Part shown: in pieces, positions 48,825 to 58,139 of the stretch
How the letters are laid out: every line of letters begins with the position of its first letter
Numbering within the stretch: position 1 is the first letter of the stretch
Assembly (NCBI GenBank): GCA_039810425.1
Contig: JBDHWW010000014.1
Location: 1-64,000, forward strand
DNA length: 64,000 bases
From: Pseudobdellovibrionaceae bacterium
GTDB lineage: Bacteria > Bdellovibrionota > Bdellovibrionia > Bdellovibrionales > Bdellovibrionaceae
Direction: 5' to 3'
Position numbers and translations under genes: made by a program
The notes under the pieces: model-generated
What the model was told of the DNA's origin: nothing
Database searches by the model: none
Seen by the model: the letters and a program-made list of their open reading frames with translations, nothing else

Positions 48825-49823
48825 GTGAAAAAAGTCACGATTATTCCCGGCGATGGAATTGGACCCGAAATCATGGCCCAAGTGGTTCGCGTCTTAAAGC
48901 AAGTAAATGCTCCTTTCGAATACGAAGAATTCGATGCCGGCGAAGTCGCACTTCATAAACACGGTTCTCTTTTGCCGGCGTCCACCGTGGCGTCGATTGA
49001 AAAAACCAAGCTCGCGATTAAAGGCCCGACGACCACTCCCGTGGGCGGTGGCCATAAGTCTATCAACGTACAAATGAGACAGCAGTTTGATCTTTACGCC
49101 AACGTGCGCCCGGTGCGCGTTTTACCAAATGTTCCTTGCGTGACCCAAACCGTGGACCTCACGATCGTGCGTGAAAACACGGAAGACTTGTATGCGGGCA
49201 TTGAGCGCATGATTGATAACGACACGGCGGAGTCTATCAAACGCATCACCCGTAAAGGTTCGGAGCGCATTGCTCGTTACGCCTATGAGCTCGCGCGCAA
49301 AACTGGTAAAAAGAACGTCGCCATCGTTCACAAGGCCAACATCATGAAAATGTCTGACGGTTTGTTTTTGAAAGTCGCGCAAGAAGTCGGCGCCCAATAT
49401 CCAGAAATCACGACTCGCGATGTGATCGTGGACAATGCCTGTATGCAGCTTGTGACGAAGCCTCAGCAATTCGAAGTGATTGTGACTGAGAATTTATACG
49501 GCGACATCTTGAGCGACCTCTGCGCGGGCCTCGTGGGCGGCCTGGGCGTGGTTCCCGGTGCGAATATCGGCGAACGAGCAGCGATTTTTGAGGCGGTTCA
49601 CGGTTCAGCACCAGATATCGCAGGCCAAAATAAGGCAAACCCAACTGCGCTGTTACAATCTGCCGTAATGATGTTGCAACACGTGGGCGAAACGCAAAAA
49701 GCAGATGCGATCATGAAAGCCCTCATTGAGGCTTTGAAGGATCCAAATGCCCGTACCGGTGATTTGCAGGGCCGCGGAAATACTGTTGGCTTTACGGATG
49801 CGATTCTGCAGCAGCTTCGCTAG
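48825..49823 (+). CDS. icd: Isocitrate/isopropylmalate dehydrogenase family (NAD-IDH-like)
   Basis: IPGDGIGPE, SINV..R...DLYANVRP, VHKANIMK, NLYGDILSDL and EAVHGSAPDIAG motifs. Confidence 0.85.
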   Translation: MKKVTIIPGDGIGPEIMAQVVRVLKQVNAPFEYEEFDAGEVALHKHGSLLPASTVASIEKTKLAIKGPTTTPVGGGHKSINVQMRQQFDLYANVRPVRVLPNVPCVTQTVDLTIVRENTEDLYAGIERMIDNDTAESIKRITRKGSERIARYAYELARKTGKKNVAIVHKANIMKMSDGLFLKVAQEVGAQYPEITTRDVIVDNACMQLVTKPQQFEVIVTENLYGDILSDLCAGLVGGLGVVPGANIGERAAIFEAVHGSAPDIAGQNKANPTALLQSAVMMLQHVGETQKADAIMKALIEALKDPNARTGDLQGRGNTVGFTDAILQQLR

Positions 49824-51936
49824 ACGGATCGAAGCGTTTTTGCATATTCGGCGACAAATGACTTTTAAGCTCCGGGCGCTCTTTTAAAGATGTCCGGATG
49901 TATTCGGTCCACTGACGTGTCTTCTCTTCGTTTTTCAAGTCCTCGCTGGCACGCAAGAGTCCTTCCGCATCGGAAATATCTTTTCGTGCATTGAAAGCCC
50001 GCTCAAAATTTTGGGCCGCGTCTGAGGGCTGATCTAAATACAGATAAACCCACGCTTTTAAATTAAAGAACGTGCCCTGATCCGCCGCAGGCAAGGTTTC
50101 GAGGCCAGACGTCACGGACTCCATCGCCGATTTTGCTTCAGCAAACTTCCCCGCGCGCAATAGACCGCGGGCCTCTGACATCGCCGCTTTTGCCTGCTGT
50201 TCCGCCGATGGCGCCGCTGCCGCGACGGCCTCATTTCCCACCGCACTAGGGACTGTAATTGGCACGGTCTTGGATAACAAAGCCTGCAGACCTTCGCCCG
50301 CAGGAATGGTTTCGGCCGCCGCCAGGAGCGGCTTCATGATCTCGAGTTCCTGCGGTTGCAGGCTCGCAACGGGTTTTTGATAACAGAGATCCGCTACCAT
50401 TTCTTCGTGATTCGCGAATGGCGGGCCGGTTTGTTTTTTCCCGTGAACTTCATAAAGGAAAATCTGATCGAGCGTTGTATCCTTCGAGAGAAGCACTTGG
50501 CTGAAATTTTCCACCGGGCGAGGCATCATCCTAAACTGGAACTGACGATCCGCGCGCACCAGGGTCGGTCCGCGCGCTGCATCCGGCTTAAACTCACTGC
50601 CACATACTTTGAGCCCGTACTCAATTTTAAGCGACGACATCATCTCGAGTGCACTCTCACCTTCCGCACTGAGCTTCATGTCGAGATCTTCCAGCGGCAG
50701 AGCGGTTTTAAACATCTCATTTAAAAGCAACTTATCCGCTGTCATTAAGAACTTGCCGCCTTCGTATTTGAACTTGATCTTGTCGATTGTCATTCCGCCA
50801 TCGAACCTCGTCGTCTTCGGATTTTTACCGATGGCGCCCTGGATGTGGAAGTCCACCGGGGCTTTGAGGACCGGCAAAAGCTCCGGCCCCATACCACCCG
50901 TTGCCGACGCGACTTCGATACGCCCGAAAGCCGATTTAAAGTCGAACGTCTTTAAAGTAAAACCGGGAATTTTGAATATGACCTCTGCGATGCGCAGTTC
51001 TTTGTCCGCCATTTCAAGATTTTTGGCCGAAAACTCTTCAAGCTCCGTGACCGTTTTTTTCTGATGCTCAAACATGATATTCTTAAGAGTCATCTTCGCC
51101 ATTTTAAAATTGCCAAGAGAAATCCCTCCGGAGTTCTCAGCGCGGCCAACCGCCATTAAGTTTTGGAAAATCGTCATCCACGAAAAATCCGCCGACACTT
51201 CAACGTGTCCTTCCTCAGCGGTCAGCTTTTCAATTATAAAAACATGCTCATAGACCAAGGCGGACAGGTTGAATTTCAAGTCTACTGATTTGAGCGAAAA
51301 ATCCTGAGTCTGATCATGACGGCGAATCTCTGAGAAATGCATTCCACCGGCGAGGCTTCCCTTTAAAGAGCCCACTTGGATGCCCGAAGCTTCGATTTTT
51401 TCTTTGATGGAATCCAGCGGTATCGACGTATAAAGAAATGCGATCAGAATCAGCGCCACGCCCAGAGGAATAGTTAAAATCCCAAGCATCACCTGCTGGA
51501 TTTTCTGCAACACCGTTTTTTCTTCCTCATAGACAAGCGACACGACTTTCGTGCCGCTCATCATGTCGTGCCAGGCACGCTGATCCGGCCTAAACCGCAC
51601 CCACAAGTACCCCAGGAACAAGGGAATTGAGCTCACCGTCTTTCCGACGATTTCACGCATGAAGACTTGTCCCCAACTCAGAGGCCTCTTTTCATTCGCC
51701 TGCGGAACCACCTTCAAACCTAAAAGCTTTTTCCCCAAAGTCTGACCTGAGATTTTTGTCGGATAAATGAAATAGCCAATCGCAAATACAAAACTTAGCA
51801 CGAAAAGATTCCTCAAAGTCGCGAGTTCGGGCGCGTGTCGCTCAAGTACCATGCTCACGCCCTGCCAAATAGCCGTGTAAATGAGCATGTCCAAATTCAT
51901 CGCGGCGAAACGCGAGGAAAAGCTAGCTTGCTGCAT
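49792..51936 (-). CDS. RDD-domain membrane protein with long beta-rich periplasmic region and C-terminal TPR
   Basis: ASFSSRFAA...D, GQTLGKKLLGLKVV and RAWHDMMSGTKVV motifs. Confidence 0.85.
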   Translation of the reverse strand: MQQASFSSRFAAMNLDMLIYTAIWQGVSMVLERHAPELATLRNLFVLSFVFAIGYFIYPTKISGQTLGKKLLGLKVVPQANEKRPLSWGQVFMREIVGKTVSSIPLFLGYLWVRFRPDQRAWHDMMSGTKVVSLVYEEEKTVLQKIQQVMLGILTIPLGVALILIAFLYTSIPLDSIKEKIEASGIQVGSLKGSLAGGMHFSEIRRHDQTQDFSLKSVDLKFNLSALVYEHVFIIEKLTAEEGHVEVSADFSWMTIFQNLMAVGRAENSGGISLGNFKMAKMTLKNIMFEHQKKTVTELEEFSAKNLEMADKELRIAEVIFKIPGFTLKTFDFKSAFGRIEVASATGGMGPELLPVLKAPVDFHIQGAIGKNPKTTRFDGGMTIDKIKFKYEGGKFLMTADKLLLNEMFKTALPLEDLDMKLSAEGESALEMMSSLKIEYGLKVCGSEFKPDAARGPTLVRADRQFQFRMMPRPVENFSQVLLSKDTTLDQIFLYEVHGKKQTGPPFANHEEMVADLCYQKPVASLQPQELEIMKPLLAAAETIPAGEGLQALLSKTVPITVPSAVGNEAVAAAAPSAEQQAKAAMSEARGLLRAGKFAEAKSAMESVTSGLETLPAADQGTFFNLKAWVYLYLDQPSDAAQNFERAFNARKDISDAEGLLRASEDLKNEEKTRQWTEYIRTSLKERPELKSHLSPNMQKRFDPSSEAAAESHP

Positions 51937-53503
51937 TCTTTTCCTCCCGGTGAATTTGGTGAATCAACTGGCGGAGCTGAGTCTGAAAATGATTGTCCGG
52001 ATGATGATCCGCATAAACCATCAATGTATCTAAAAAATGGGCTTTGGTTTCAGCATCAAACTTCGCGATGTCATCAAAGATGCGCATCACTTTCGAGTTG
52101 ATGTCCTGAGCCATCGGATGCGCCGCAAAGCTGGCAAAAAATAGGTCATAGTACCTGAGAGTCTGAACCAGATCACCGACCCCATAGAACTCTTCCGCAC
52201 GCTCGATGATTTCATCCGGCGTCACCTTCAGGCCAAGTTCCGCCATATTCCAAGTGACCGGGACCATGCCGAGGATCTCACGCGACAGGACGTATTTTTC
52301 CTCCTTACGGTCCACGTAATGGAAGCATGTCACCATGATTTTTTTTACAAAAGCGAGATCCTCTTTATTGAAGGTCGAAAGCAGGAATCCTTGCTTTTGA
52401 AAATAGATAAAGAGTCCTCGGAAAGCATAGAAGCTTTCATGATTAAGGGCATAAATGCGCTTAAAGATTCCTAGCTTTTCTTCAACCACTTCCGAGGATT
52501 TGGCCGCGTAGTAGAGATCCTGTTCTTGTGTAAACAAGAAGCTTTTCTTCAGGGGAAAAATATCCATTTGCATAAAGGCAAAAATAAAACCGATGGCAAA
52601 CCCCGTCAGATGTGCGAGATGCGCGACACCGCCCCCCGCCCCGACGGCACCCACGACATCGCTAAACACCATGAAGAGTCCAATGTACATCCACGCCGGC
52701 ATGTAAATCATACGGTTGTACACGACCGCCGTCAGCAGACAGCGCATTTTCTCGCGCCAGAAGTACACCGCAAACGCACCGATCACGGCGCTGACCGCCC
52801 CCGAAGCACCAAACAGGCGGACCCCCATCGGCAAGAATGGCAGTTGCAAGAAGTTCGAACCCAGACCGCCCAACAAGTACAGCAGTATCAAGCCAACGGA
52901 GCCAACCCGTTGCTCAACGAAAACCGAGAACAAAGCAAAGATCAGCATGTTCCCGATCAAATGCACCCAACCTTCGTGGGTCACCATCGCTTTGAGGCCC
53001 GCAAGTATTTTACCATTACCACGGATAAAGACGTGCTCTTCTTTGGATTTCTCCAGGCTTTTTTGCAGGTATGTTTCGCGAGCCACAAGATAAGCGCCGT
53101 ATTCCGGAAGATTTGCCGCCTCTGCAGGTTTTATTTTTTTATCAATGTGATCGTCATTCAACCATCCGAAGAGTTTGCGGTTTTCCAAAAACGACGCTTT
53201 TGGAAATTCTTTGCGATAGGCGTTGCTGAAATTTTGCAGATCAAAAAGGTCTTCAGCTTTCAAATGGACCTTCAGGTAGTCACAGGTCTCGGTTTCAAAT
53301 TTTGACGCGCACGTCGCGAGGATCAGATCTTTGCGAGCATCAAGAATTTTTGAGTCGACCATCGCCTGACGAACATGGCGAATGTACAAAGCATTTTCTG
53401 GAAAATAGAAAACTGAAACGGCGCAGGTCGCGATGATGAGAAGCAAAGTGGCAACAGGCCACTTTACAATTCGGCTTTGAAGTCCTAATGGTATCAGAAA
53501 CAT
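51923..53503 (-). CDS. Rhomboid intramembrane serine protease with large loop and C-terminal extension
   Basis: HEGWVHLIGNM, GASG and AHLTGF motifs; start ATG 53503 preferred over 53563. Confidence 0.9.
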   Translation of the reverse strand: MFLIPLGLQSRIVKWPVATLLLIIATCAVSVFYFPENALYIRHVRQAMVDSKILDARKDLILATCASKFETETCDYLKVHLKAEDLFDLQNFSNAYRKEFPKASFLENRKLFGWLNDDHIDKKIKPAEAANLPEYGAYLVARETYLQKSLEKSKEEHVFIRGNGKILAGLKAMVTHEGWVHLIGNMLIFALFSVFVEQRVGSVGLILLYLLGGLGSNFLQLPFLPMGVRLFGASGAVSAVIGAFAVYFWREKMRCLLTAVVYNRMIYMPAWMYIGLFMVFSDVVGAVGAGGGVAHLAHLTGFAIGFIFAFMQMDIFPLKKSFLFTQEQDLYYAAKSSEVVEEKLGIFKRIYALNHESFYAFRGLFIYFQKQGFLLSTFNKEDLAFVKKIMVTCFHYVDRKEEKYVLSREILGMVPVTWNMAELGLKVTPDEIIERAEEFYGVGDLVQTLRYYDLFFASFAAHPMAQDINSKVMRIFDDIAKFDAETKAHFLDTLMVYADHHPDNHFQTQLRQLIHQIHREEKNAAS

Positions 53504-53511
53504 ACATATAT

Positions 53512-53539
53512 TTATCGCCCACGAAAGCTGAGCACTTGA
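53512..53539 (-). promoter_or_regulatory. Putative sigma28-type promoter of rhomboid-RDD module 1
   Basis: TCAAG-N15-GGCGATAA, 8 nt before ATG 53503. Confidence 0.65.
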
Positions 53540-53666
53540 GCAAATCGACCGCTTTTTGTCCACAGAACAGGTCTAGAACTCCGAGTCTTGCCAGAGCTTA
53601 GTCGAGGCCTGCGTCGTGAGCCCAGGTCTATGCGGTTTTATCGAGTTTAGTTAAATGGACAGCGTC

Positions 53667-54563
53667 TCAATGAAGGCTGCCTTTATGAATTTTCTCGGCA
53701 AGTTCAGAAAGTTCTTCCACCGGAACTTCGTAGGGGCGTCCGCACATTTGGCAGACGACTTCGGCAGGCTCTTTCTTCAAGATCATGTCTTCAAGCTCCG
53801 CTAAACCGAGGGTCTCTAGCGCGCGCACCACACGGTCCTTCGTGCATGGGCAGAAATATTCCACGCTGTGCTCATGCTCCAGCTCTGTGAACGGAATGCC
53901 ATTCATATAAGGCTTCACCAGATCAATCGGCTGGGCGCCATCCAAGAGCATTTTTGAAATGTTCTCTTTGAAGGCTTCTGCATTTTTTTGAATTTTATCA
54001 ACGAGGGACTCTTCCACTCCCGGCATAACCTCAAGCACGACTCCCCCTGCCGCACGCACTTTGCCATAGGTGTCCAAATAGACGCCCAAGGAAACAAGGC
54101 TGCGGATCTGATGCGATTGAATCAAGTAGTGAGCAATATCGTCGCCAATTTCGCCTGACACCATTTCAACAGTTCCGTTGTGCGGCTGTTTTTGGAATGG
54201 CAAATGCCGAGTCACCGTCAACATCCCTTTACCGAAATGAGGCCCGAGTTTGAGGCCAGTGTCATAATTAGCTGGTTCGTAAATCGGCACCGGAGAATAG
54301 CCGCGCACTTTGCCTTCAAAGCTGGCTTCCGCATAAACAGCCGTGAGTGGGCCATCCCCTTTAAAGTAAAGACCGACTTGTTGACCTTCTTTGAGATGGC
54401 TTGCCATGAGAAGCGCTCCTGTCATTGCACGGCCGACGGCCACTGTTGGCAGCGGATAGGTGTCTTGGAGCTTCTGCATTTCCGCAACGACTTCTGTGGA
54501 GTTCACCGCTGCGATGCGGACAGTAAAATCATTCGACACGAACCGATGGACTTTTTCTTTCAT
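53667..54563 (-). CDS. hslO: Hsp33 redox-regulated chaperone
   Basis: VSGEIGDD...Y..QS.Q, AAGG...E.MPG, CPC...CQMC zinc motif. Confidence 0.92.
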   Translation of the reverse strand: MKEKVHRFVSNDFTVRIAAVNSTEVVAEMQKLQDTYPLPTVAVGRAMTGALLMASHLKEGQQVGLYFKGDGPLTAVYAEASFEGKVRGYSPVPIYEPANYDTGLKLGPHFGKGMLTVTRHLPFQKQPHNGTVEMVSGEIGDDIAHYLIQSHQIRSLVSLGVYLDTYGKVRAAGGVVLEVMPGVEESLVDKIQKNAEAFKENISKMLLDGAQPIDLVKPYMNGIPFTELEHEHSVEYFCPCTKDRVVRALETLGLAELEDMILKKEPAEVVCQMCGRPYEVPVEELSELAEKIHKGSLH

Positions 54564-54628
54564 GACTCTCCCCAGACAGTAGGTGTCAAAGGTATCAAAG
54601 GCCGCCAATAAAGGCAATATTGAGAGAC

Positions 54629-55123
54629 ATGAAAGTCTACCTTTTTCGCCATGGACAAAAAGATTCCCAGCCCTTTGAAGACCCTGATCTCACGGGTTTC
54701 GGCCATCAACAAGCAAACAAACTGGCGGAACTGATTCGCAATGGGACTCTTCTGAAAGGCACGCAGTTCTGGGCTTCACCACGAAAACGCGCCCAGAGCA
54801 CGCTCAACCCGGCGGCGGAGTTTTGCGCGGCTCCGGTCCAAGTGATCAGCGGCCTTGATCAGCGCACGACATTTGAAACCAGCGATGCTTTTCGCTCCCG
54901 CATTCAACAAACAGTGAATTCACTCGAAAAGAAATTTTCAAAAGATGACGTGATTTATTTATGTTCTCATCACGATTGGATCGAGGATTCTCTTTCGGTG
55001 ATTCCGTCAGACACGGACCTGCTCGATCCGCGCTACTGGAGCTGGCGGCCGGCTCAGTATATGCATTTTGAAGTTGTCGACGGCCTATGGATTTTAAAAA
55101 CTTTCAACAAGGTCGAACCATGA
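54629..55123 (+). CDS. Histidine phosphatase family protein (SixA-like)
   Basis: LFRHG, LT..G..QA, SP..RA..T and CSH motifs. Confidence 0.85.
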   Translation: MKVYLFRHGQKDSQPFEDPDLTGFGHQQANKLAELIRNGTLLKGTQFWASPRKRAQSTLNPAAEFCAAPVQVISGLDQRTTFETSDAFRSRIQQTVNSLEKKFSKDDVIYLCSHHDWIEDSLSVIPSDTDLLDPRYWSWRPAQYMHFEVVDGLWILKTFNKVEP

Positions 55124-55710
55124 TCATCAGAAATATTTGGGCCATCGGCCGCAACTACGCTGAACACGCAAAAGAGCTTGGCAATGAAGTACCCACCGAG
55201 CCGTTGATTTTTTTAAAGGCCGGCAGCACCGCGGTCATGAACACTGCCGACTTTGCATTGCCGAATTGGGCCACCGATGTTCATCACGAAGTTGAACTGG
55301 CCTTGCTCTTCGATGATCAACTCAAAATCCACAAAGCCGCCGTGGCGCTGGATCTGACCGAAAGAACTTTGCAAGCAAAACTCAAAGCCAAAGGTTCGCC
55401 ATGGACTTTGGCAAAATCGTTCACGAACTCCTGCCCGCTTTCGGATTTTTTCCCTGTAAGTTCTTTGGAGGAACTCGCAAAGCTCGATATTTCACTCACA
55501 GTCAACGGTGACCTTCGCCAAAAGGGCAATACCTCGCAGATGGTCTTCTCTCTTGAAAAACAGATCGAGTACGTAAAGGCGCACTTCCCGGTATGCCCAG
55601 GGGATGTGCTGCTGACGGGAACTCCTTCGGGCGTGGCGGCCCTCAAGCCCGGCGATGCGCTCGTGGCTGAGATCCACGGTAAAGTTCAAAAACGCTGGAT
55701 CGTGAACTAG
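55120..55710 (+). CDS. Fumarylacetoacetate hydrolase family protein
   Basis: IGRNYAEHAKEL, HHEVEL, W..AKSF and GDVLLTGTPSGV motifs. Confidence 0.9.
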   Translation: MIIRNIWAIGRNYAEHAKELGNEVPTEPLIFLKAGSTAVMNTADFALPNWATDVHHEVELALLFDDQLKIHKAAVALDLTERTLQAKLKAKGSPWTLAKSFTNSCPLSDFFPVSSLEELAKLDISLTVNGDLRQKGNTSQMVFSLEKQIEYVKAHFPVCPGDVLLTGTPSGVAALKPGDALVAEIHGKVQKRWIVN

Positions 55711-55763
55711 ACCAAGATCCAGACGCTCTTGTCGGCCTCTCGGGCCCATAGAATAATCACTCT

Positions 55764-56183
55764 GTGGGTCCTCACTCCAAACAACATCCTTGCCTGAGCT
55801 GCGGTGCCTGCTGCGCGCACTTCCGCGTTGCTTTCTATTGGCGAGAAGCCGAGCCCGACGCCATCTGGAAAGTTCCGATCAAGCTCACTGTGGATTTGGA
55901 TTCCACATACCGCTGCATGAAGGGCACAGAAGTGAAACACCAAAACAAGTGCATTGCCTTGACCGGCCGTATCGGCCGCGACGCCCATTGCCGTATTTAC
56001 CAAAACCGCCCCACGCCGTGCCGCAACTTTATGGCCTCTTACGAGGACGGCAAACACAATCCGCGCTGTGATGAGGCCCGGGAACACCACGGATTACGCC
56101 CTCTTCGCAAAGATGATTACGAAGGTGTGGATCGGCCGCCGCGTCCACATCGCCAGTCGGCCAACAACGGCGCACACGAGTAA
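55764..56183 (+). CDS. YkgJ-family cysteine cluster protein
   Basis: CLSCGACC, C.IY..RP..CR.F and CDEAR motifs. Confidence 0.88.
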   Translation: MGPHSKQHPCLSCGACCAHFRVAFYWREAEPDAIWKVPIKLTVDLDSTYRCMKGTEVKHQNKCIALTGRIGRDAHCRIYQNRPTPCRNFMASYEDGKHNPRCDEAREHHGLRPLRKDDYEGVDRPPRPHRQSANNGAHE

Positions 56184-56356
56184 AATACCCCTCTCCCTAA
56201 CTGGAAAATCCTGCGACGATTGTTATCGTTTTCTGTGAAGCCGCCACCGAAGCTCCCCAGCAAATTTGTACTTAGTCATATTACCGGAAAGGGATTCAAC
56301 CCCTTTTGCCTTTCTGACTATGCTGGCTGCAGTTTCCAACCATAAGGAGCATTCCC

Positions 56357-56851
56357 ATGAACACGACGTCAATAGAACACCCTGAGTTTGACTGGGCCCG
56401 CGAAGGCAACCGCGTCGCCCTTGCTGACTTTTTAAGGCAAGGCGGCTCGGTGAATATCAAAAATACCAAGGGCTATTCACTCCTGATGCTGGCGGCCTAT
56501 AACGATCATTGGGGAACATGTGCGTGGCTCCTGCAAAAGGGCGCCGATGTGAACTCGATTGATATCTCCGGCAACAGCGTGCTGATGGGCAGCTGCTTTA
56601 AAGGCCATGTGCGCATCGTGAAGCTCTTGCTGAGTTCAGGGGCGGATCCATTTTTACAAAACACTTATGGAATGACTGCTTTAGATTTGGCGAAAGCCTT
56701 TGGCCGTCATGAAGTCGTGCGGGTTCTGACCGGCGACGCCTTCACCACTCCCGAGAGACTCTCGAACGTGGTGAAGCTCATCACGCGAAGAATTGCTTCG
56801 CAGCCTACTTCGTCATACAAGGAAAGGTCGCAAGACGATTCCCTAAACTGA
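56357..56851 (+). CDS. Ankyrin repeat protein
   Basis: GYSLLMLAA, GNSVLM, GMTALDLA repeats with GADVN/GADP. Confidence 0.9.
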   Translation: MNTTSIEHPEFDWAREGNRVALADFLRQGGSVNIKNTKGYSLLMLAAYNDHWGTCAWLLQKGADVNSIDISGNSVLMGSCFKGHVRIVKLLLSSGADPFLQNTYGMTALDLAKAFGRHEVVRVLTGDAFTTPERLSNVVKLITRRIASQPTSSYKERSQDDSLN

Positions 56852-57284
56852 AGAAGACAATATTGCCTTTACCGTCGTGAATAAATCGGAGCCAGTGATC
56901 GTAACCATCATGGGCTTCGATTTTCACTTCTTCACCCGTGCCACTCCAGTGATTCGAACCGTAGCGAGTGCCGTAAGTGGCTATCTCAGCCGGGATCAAA
57001 ACTTTCACTTTAGTATCAGAGTAAATTCCACGCGGATAATAAACGACTTCAATCAACTCAACGAGCTTTTTACCCGTCGTGAAAGTACGCTCTTCCTTGA
57101 TGGTGCGAACCTTCAGATCGCACTTCAAATGGGGCGCGAGCTTTCCGGCATAGAGCATTTTGGTGATGCCATCAAACTCATCCATCGTCAGGCGCTTGGT
57201 AGCTTGAGCCTCCTCAGAGGCGAACTCCTGAGAAAACGCCGGCAGCGCTAACATAGCCACGACAGTAAACACTAAGAAACGCAT
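56805..57284 (-). CDS. Secreted hypothetical protein
   Basis: RBS AAGGAGAGG; signal peptide ending AFS-Q; two Cys. Confidence 0.75.
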   Translation of the reverse strand: MRFLVFTVVAMLALPAFSQEFASEEAQATKRLTMDEFDGITKMLYAGKLAPHLKCDLKVRTIKEERTFTTGKKLVELIEVVYYPRGIYSDTKVKVLIPAEIATYGTRYGSNHWSGTGEEVKIEAHDGYDHWLRFIHDGKGNIVFFSLGNRLATFPCMTK

Positions 57285-57391
57285 AAACCTCTCCTTGTGA
57301 GGAATATTTAAGCGACTTCCATAATATCGGACCAATTAAATAATTTAATGAGAGCGATAAGATTTTTACAGGACCCCGTCTGTTGTCCTGT

Positions 57392-57967
57392 CTACGAATT
57401 TGCCGAATGCTCGGACTTTAGCAGACCGTAGACCACGATATCGACGAACACTCCTTCGGAGAACATCTCTTGGCGGAGCGTCCCCTCGTAAGTCATCCCC
57501 AGCTTCTGCATGACTTTGCCTGACGCTGGATTCGTAGCTTTGTGGCGCGAGGTGATCTTGTTCAATTTCAGTTGTTCGAAGGCATATTTTACAAGGACTT
57601 GTGCCGCTTCGGTGCAATAGCCTTTATCCCAATGATCAACCGCGACCCAGTAACCCATTTCGCCTTTTTGATGCTTCTTCGAAATCCCCTCCATCGACAT
57701 GCAGCCAACGATCTCGCCTGAATCTTTGAGCGTCATCGCAAAAACAACATTTGCGCCCTTAGCGAAAGACTCCGGCTGGCTTTGAATCCAAGTTTCGGCA
57801 AGGCCATCGGGATAGGGATACGGAATCCTCCCCGTGCGAGAGGTGATCTCTTTGTGACCGGCGAGGCGCTGGACGGTTTTCGCGTCACTCAGCTGGAAGG
57901 GTCTGAGGATCAGTCTTTGGGTTTCAAACGTGGGACGATGATCTTGAATCAAAACTTGTGTATCCAT
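57392..57967 (-). CDS. RimJ/RimL-type GNAT acetyltransferase
   Basis: ETQRLILRP, EMGYW...WDKGYCTEA and NPASGKVMQKLGM motifs. Confidence 0.9.
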   Translation of the reverse strand: MDTQVLIQDHRPTFETQRLILRPFQLSDAKTVQRLAGHKEITSRTGRIPYPYPDGLAETWIQSQPESFAKGANVVFAMTLKDSGEIVGCMSMEGISKKHQKGEMGYWVAVDHWDKGYCTEAAQVLVKYAFEQLKLNKITSRHKATNPASGKVMQKLGMTYEGTLRQEMFSEGVFVDIVVYGLLKSEHSANS

Positions 57968-58139
57968 AGGAAAAGGATAAGTTCGGAATGCCGCCGGAAG
58001 CAACGAGAACAGGCCTCAGAACCGCTCCCGATAAACGCCGCGTCAACCGAGGGTTCTAGGCGGTTTACGATCCCGTAAAGTCCTTGAGTTTTTACTCCCC
58101 TGGAGCGAATATGCGGGCCTCTCAATTGGGGTAAAATTT

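Noticed and set aside
49792..49823. 32-nt convergent overlap of icd and the RDD gene as a frameshift
   Set aside because: Both proteins appear complete; short 3' overlaps are common in this compact window
1548..53586. Second intergenic motif like GTCTAGAACTTTGACA (1548, 48272, 53570)
   Set aside because: Too few and inconsistently spaced instances to support without a genome-wide scan
57320..57350. TCCGATAT as a sigma28 promoter
   Set aside because: -10 present but no -35 at 14-15 nt; left unresolved
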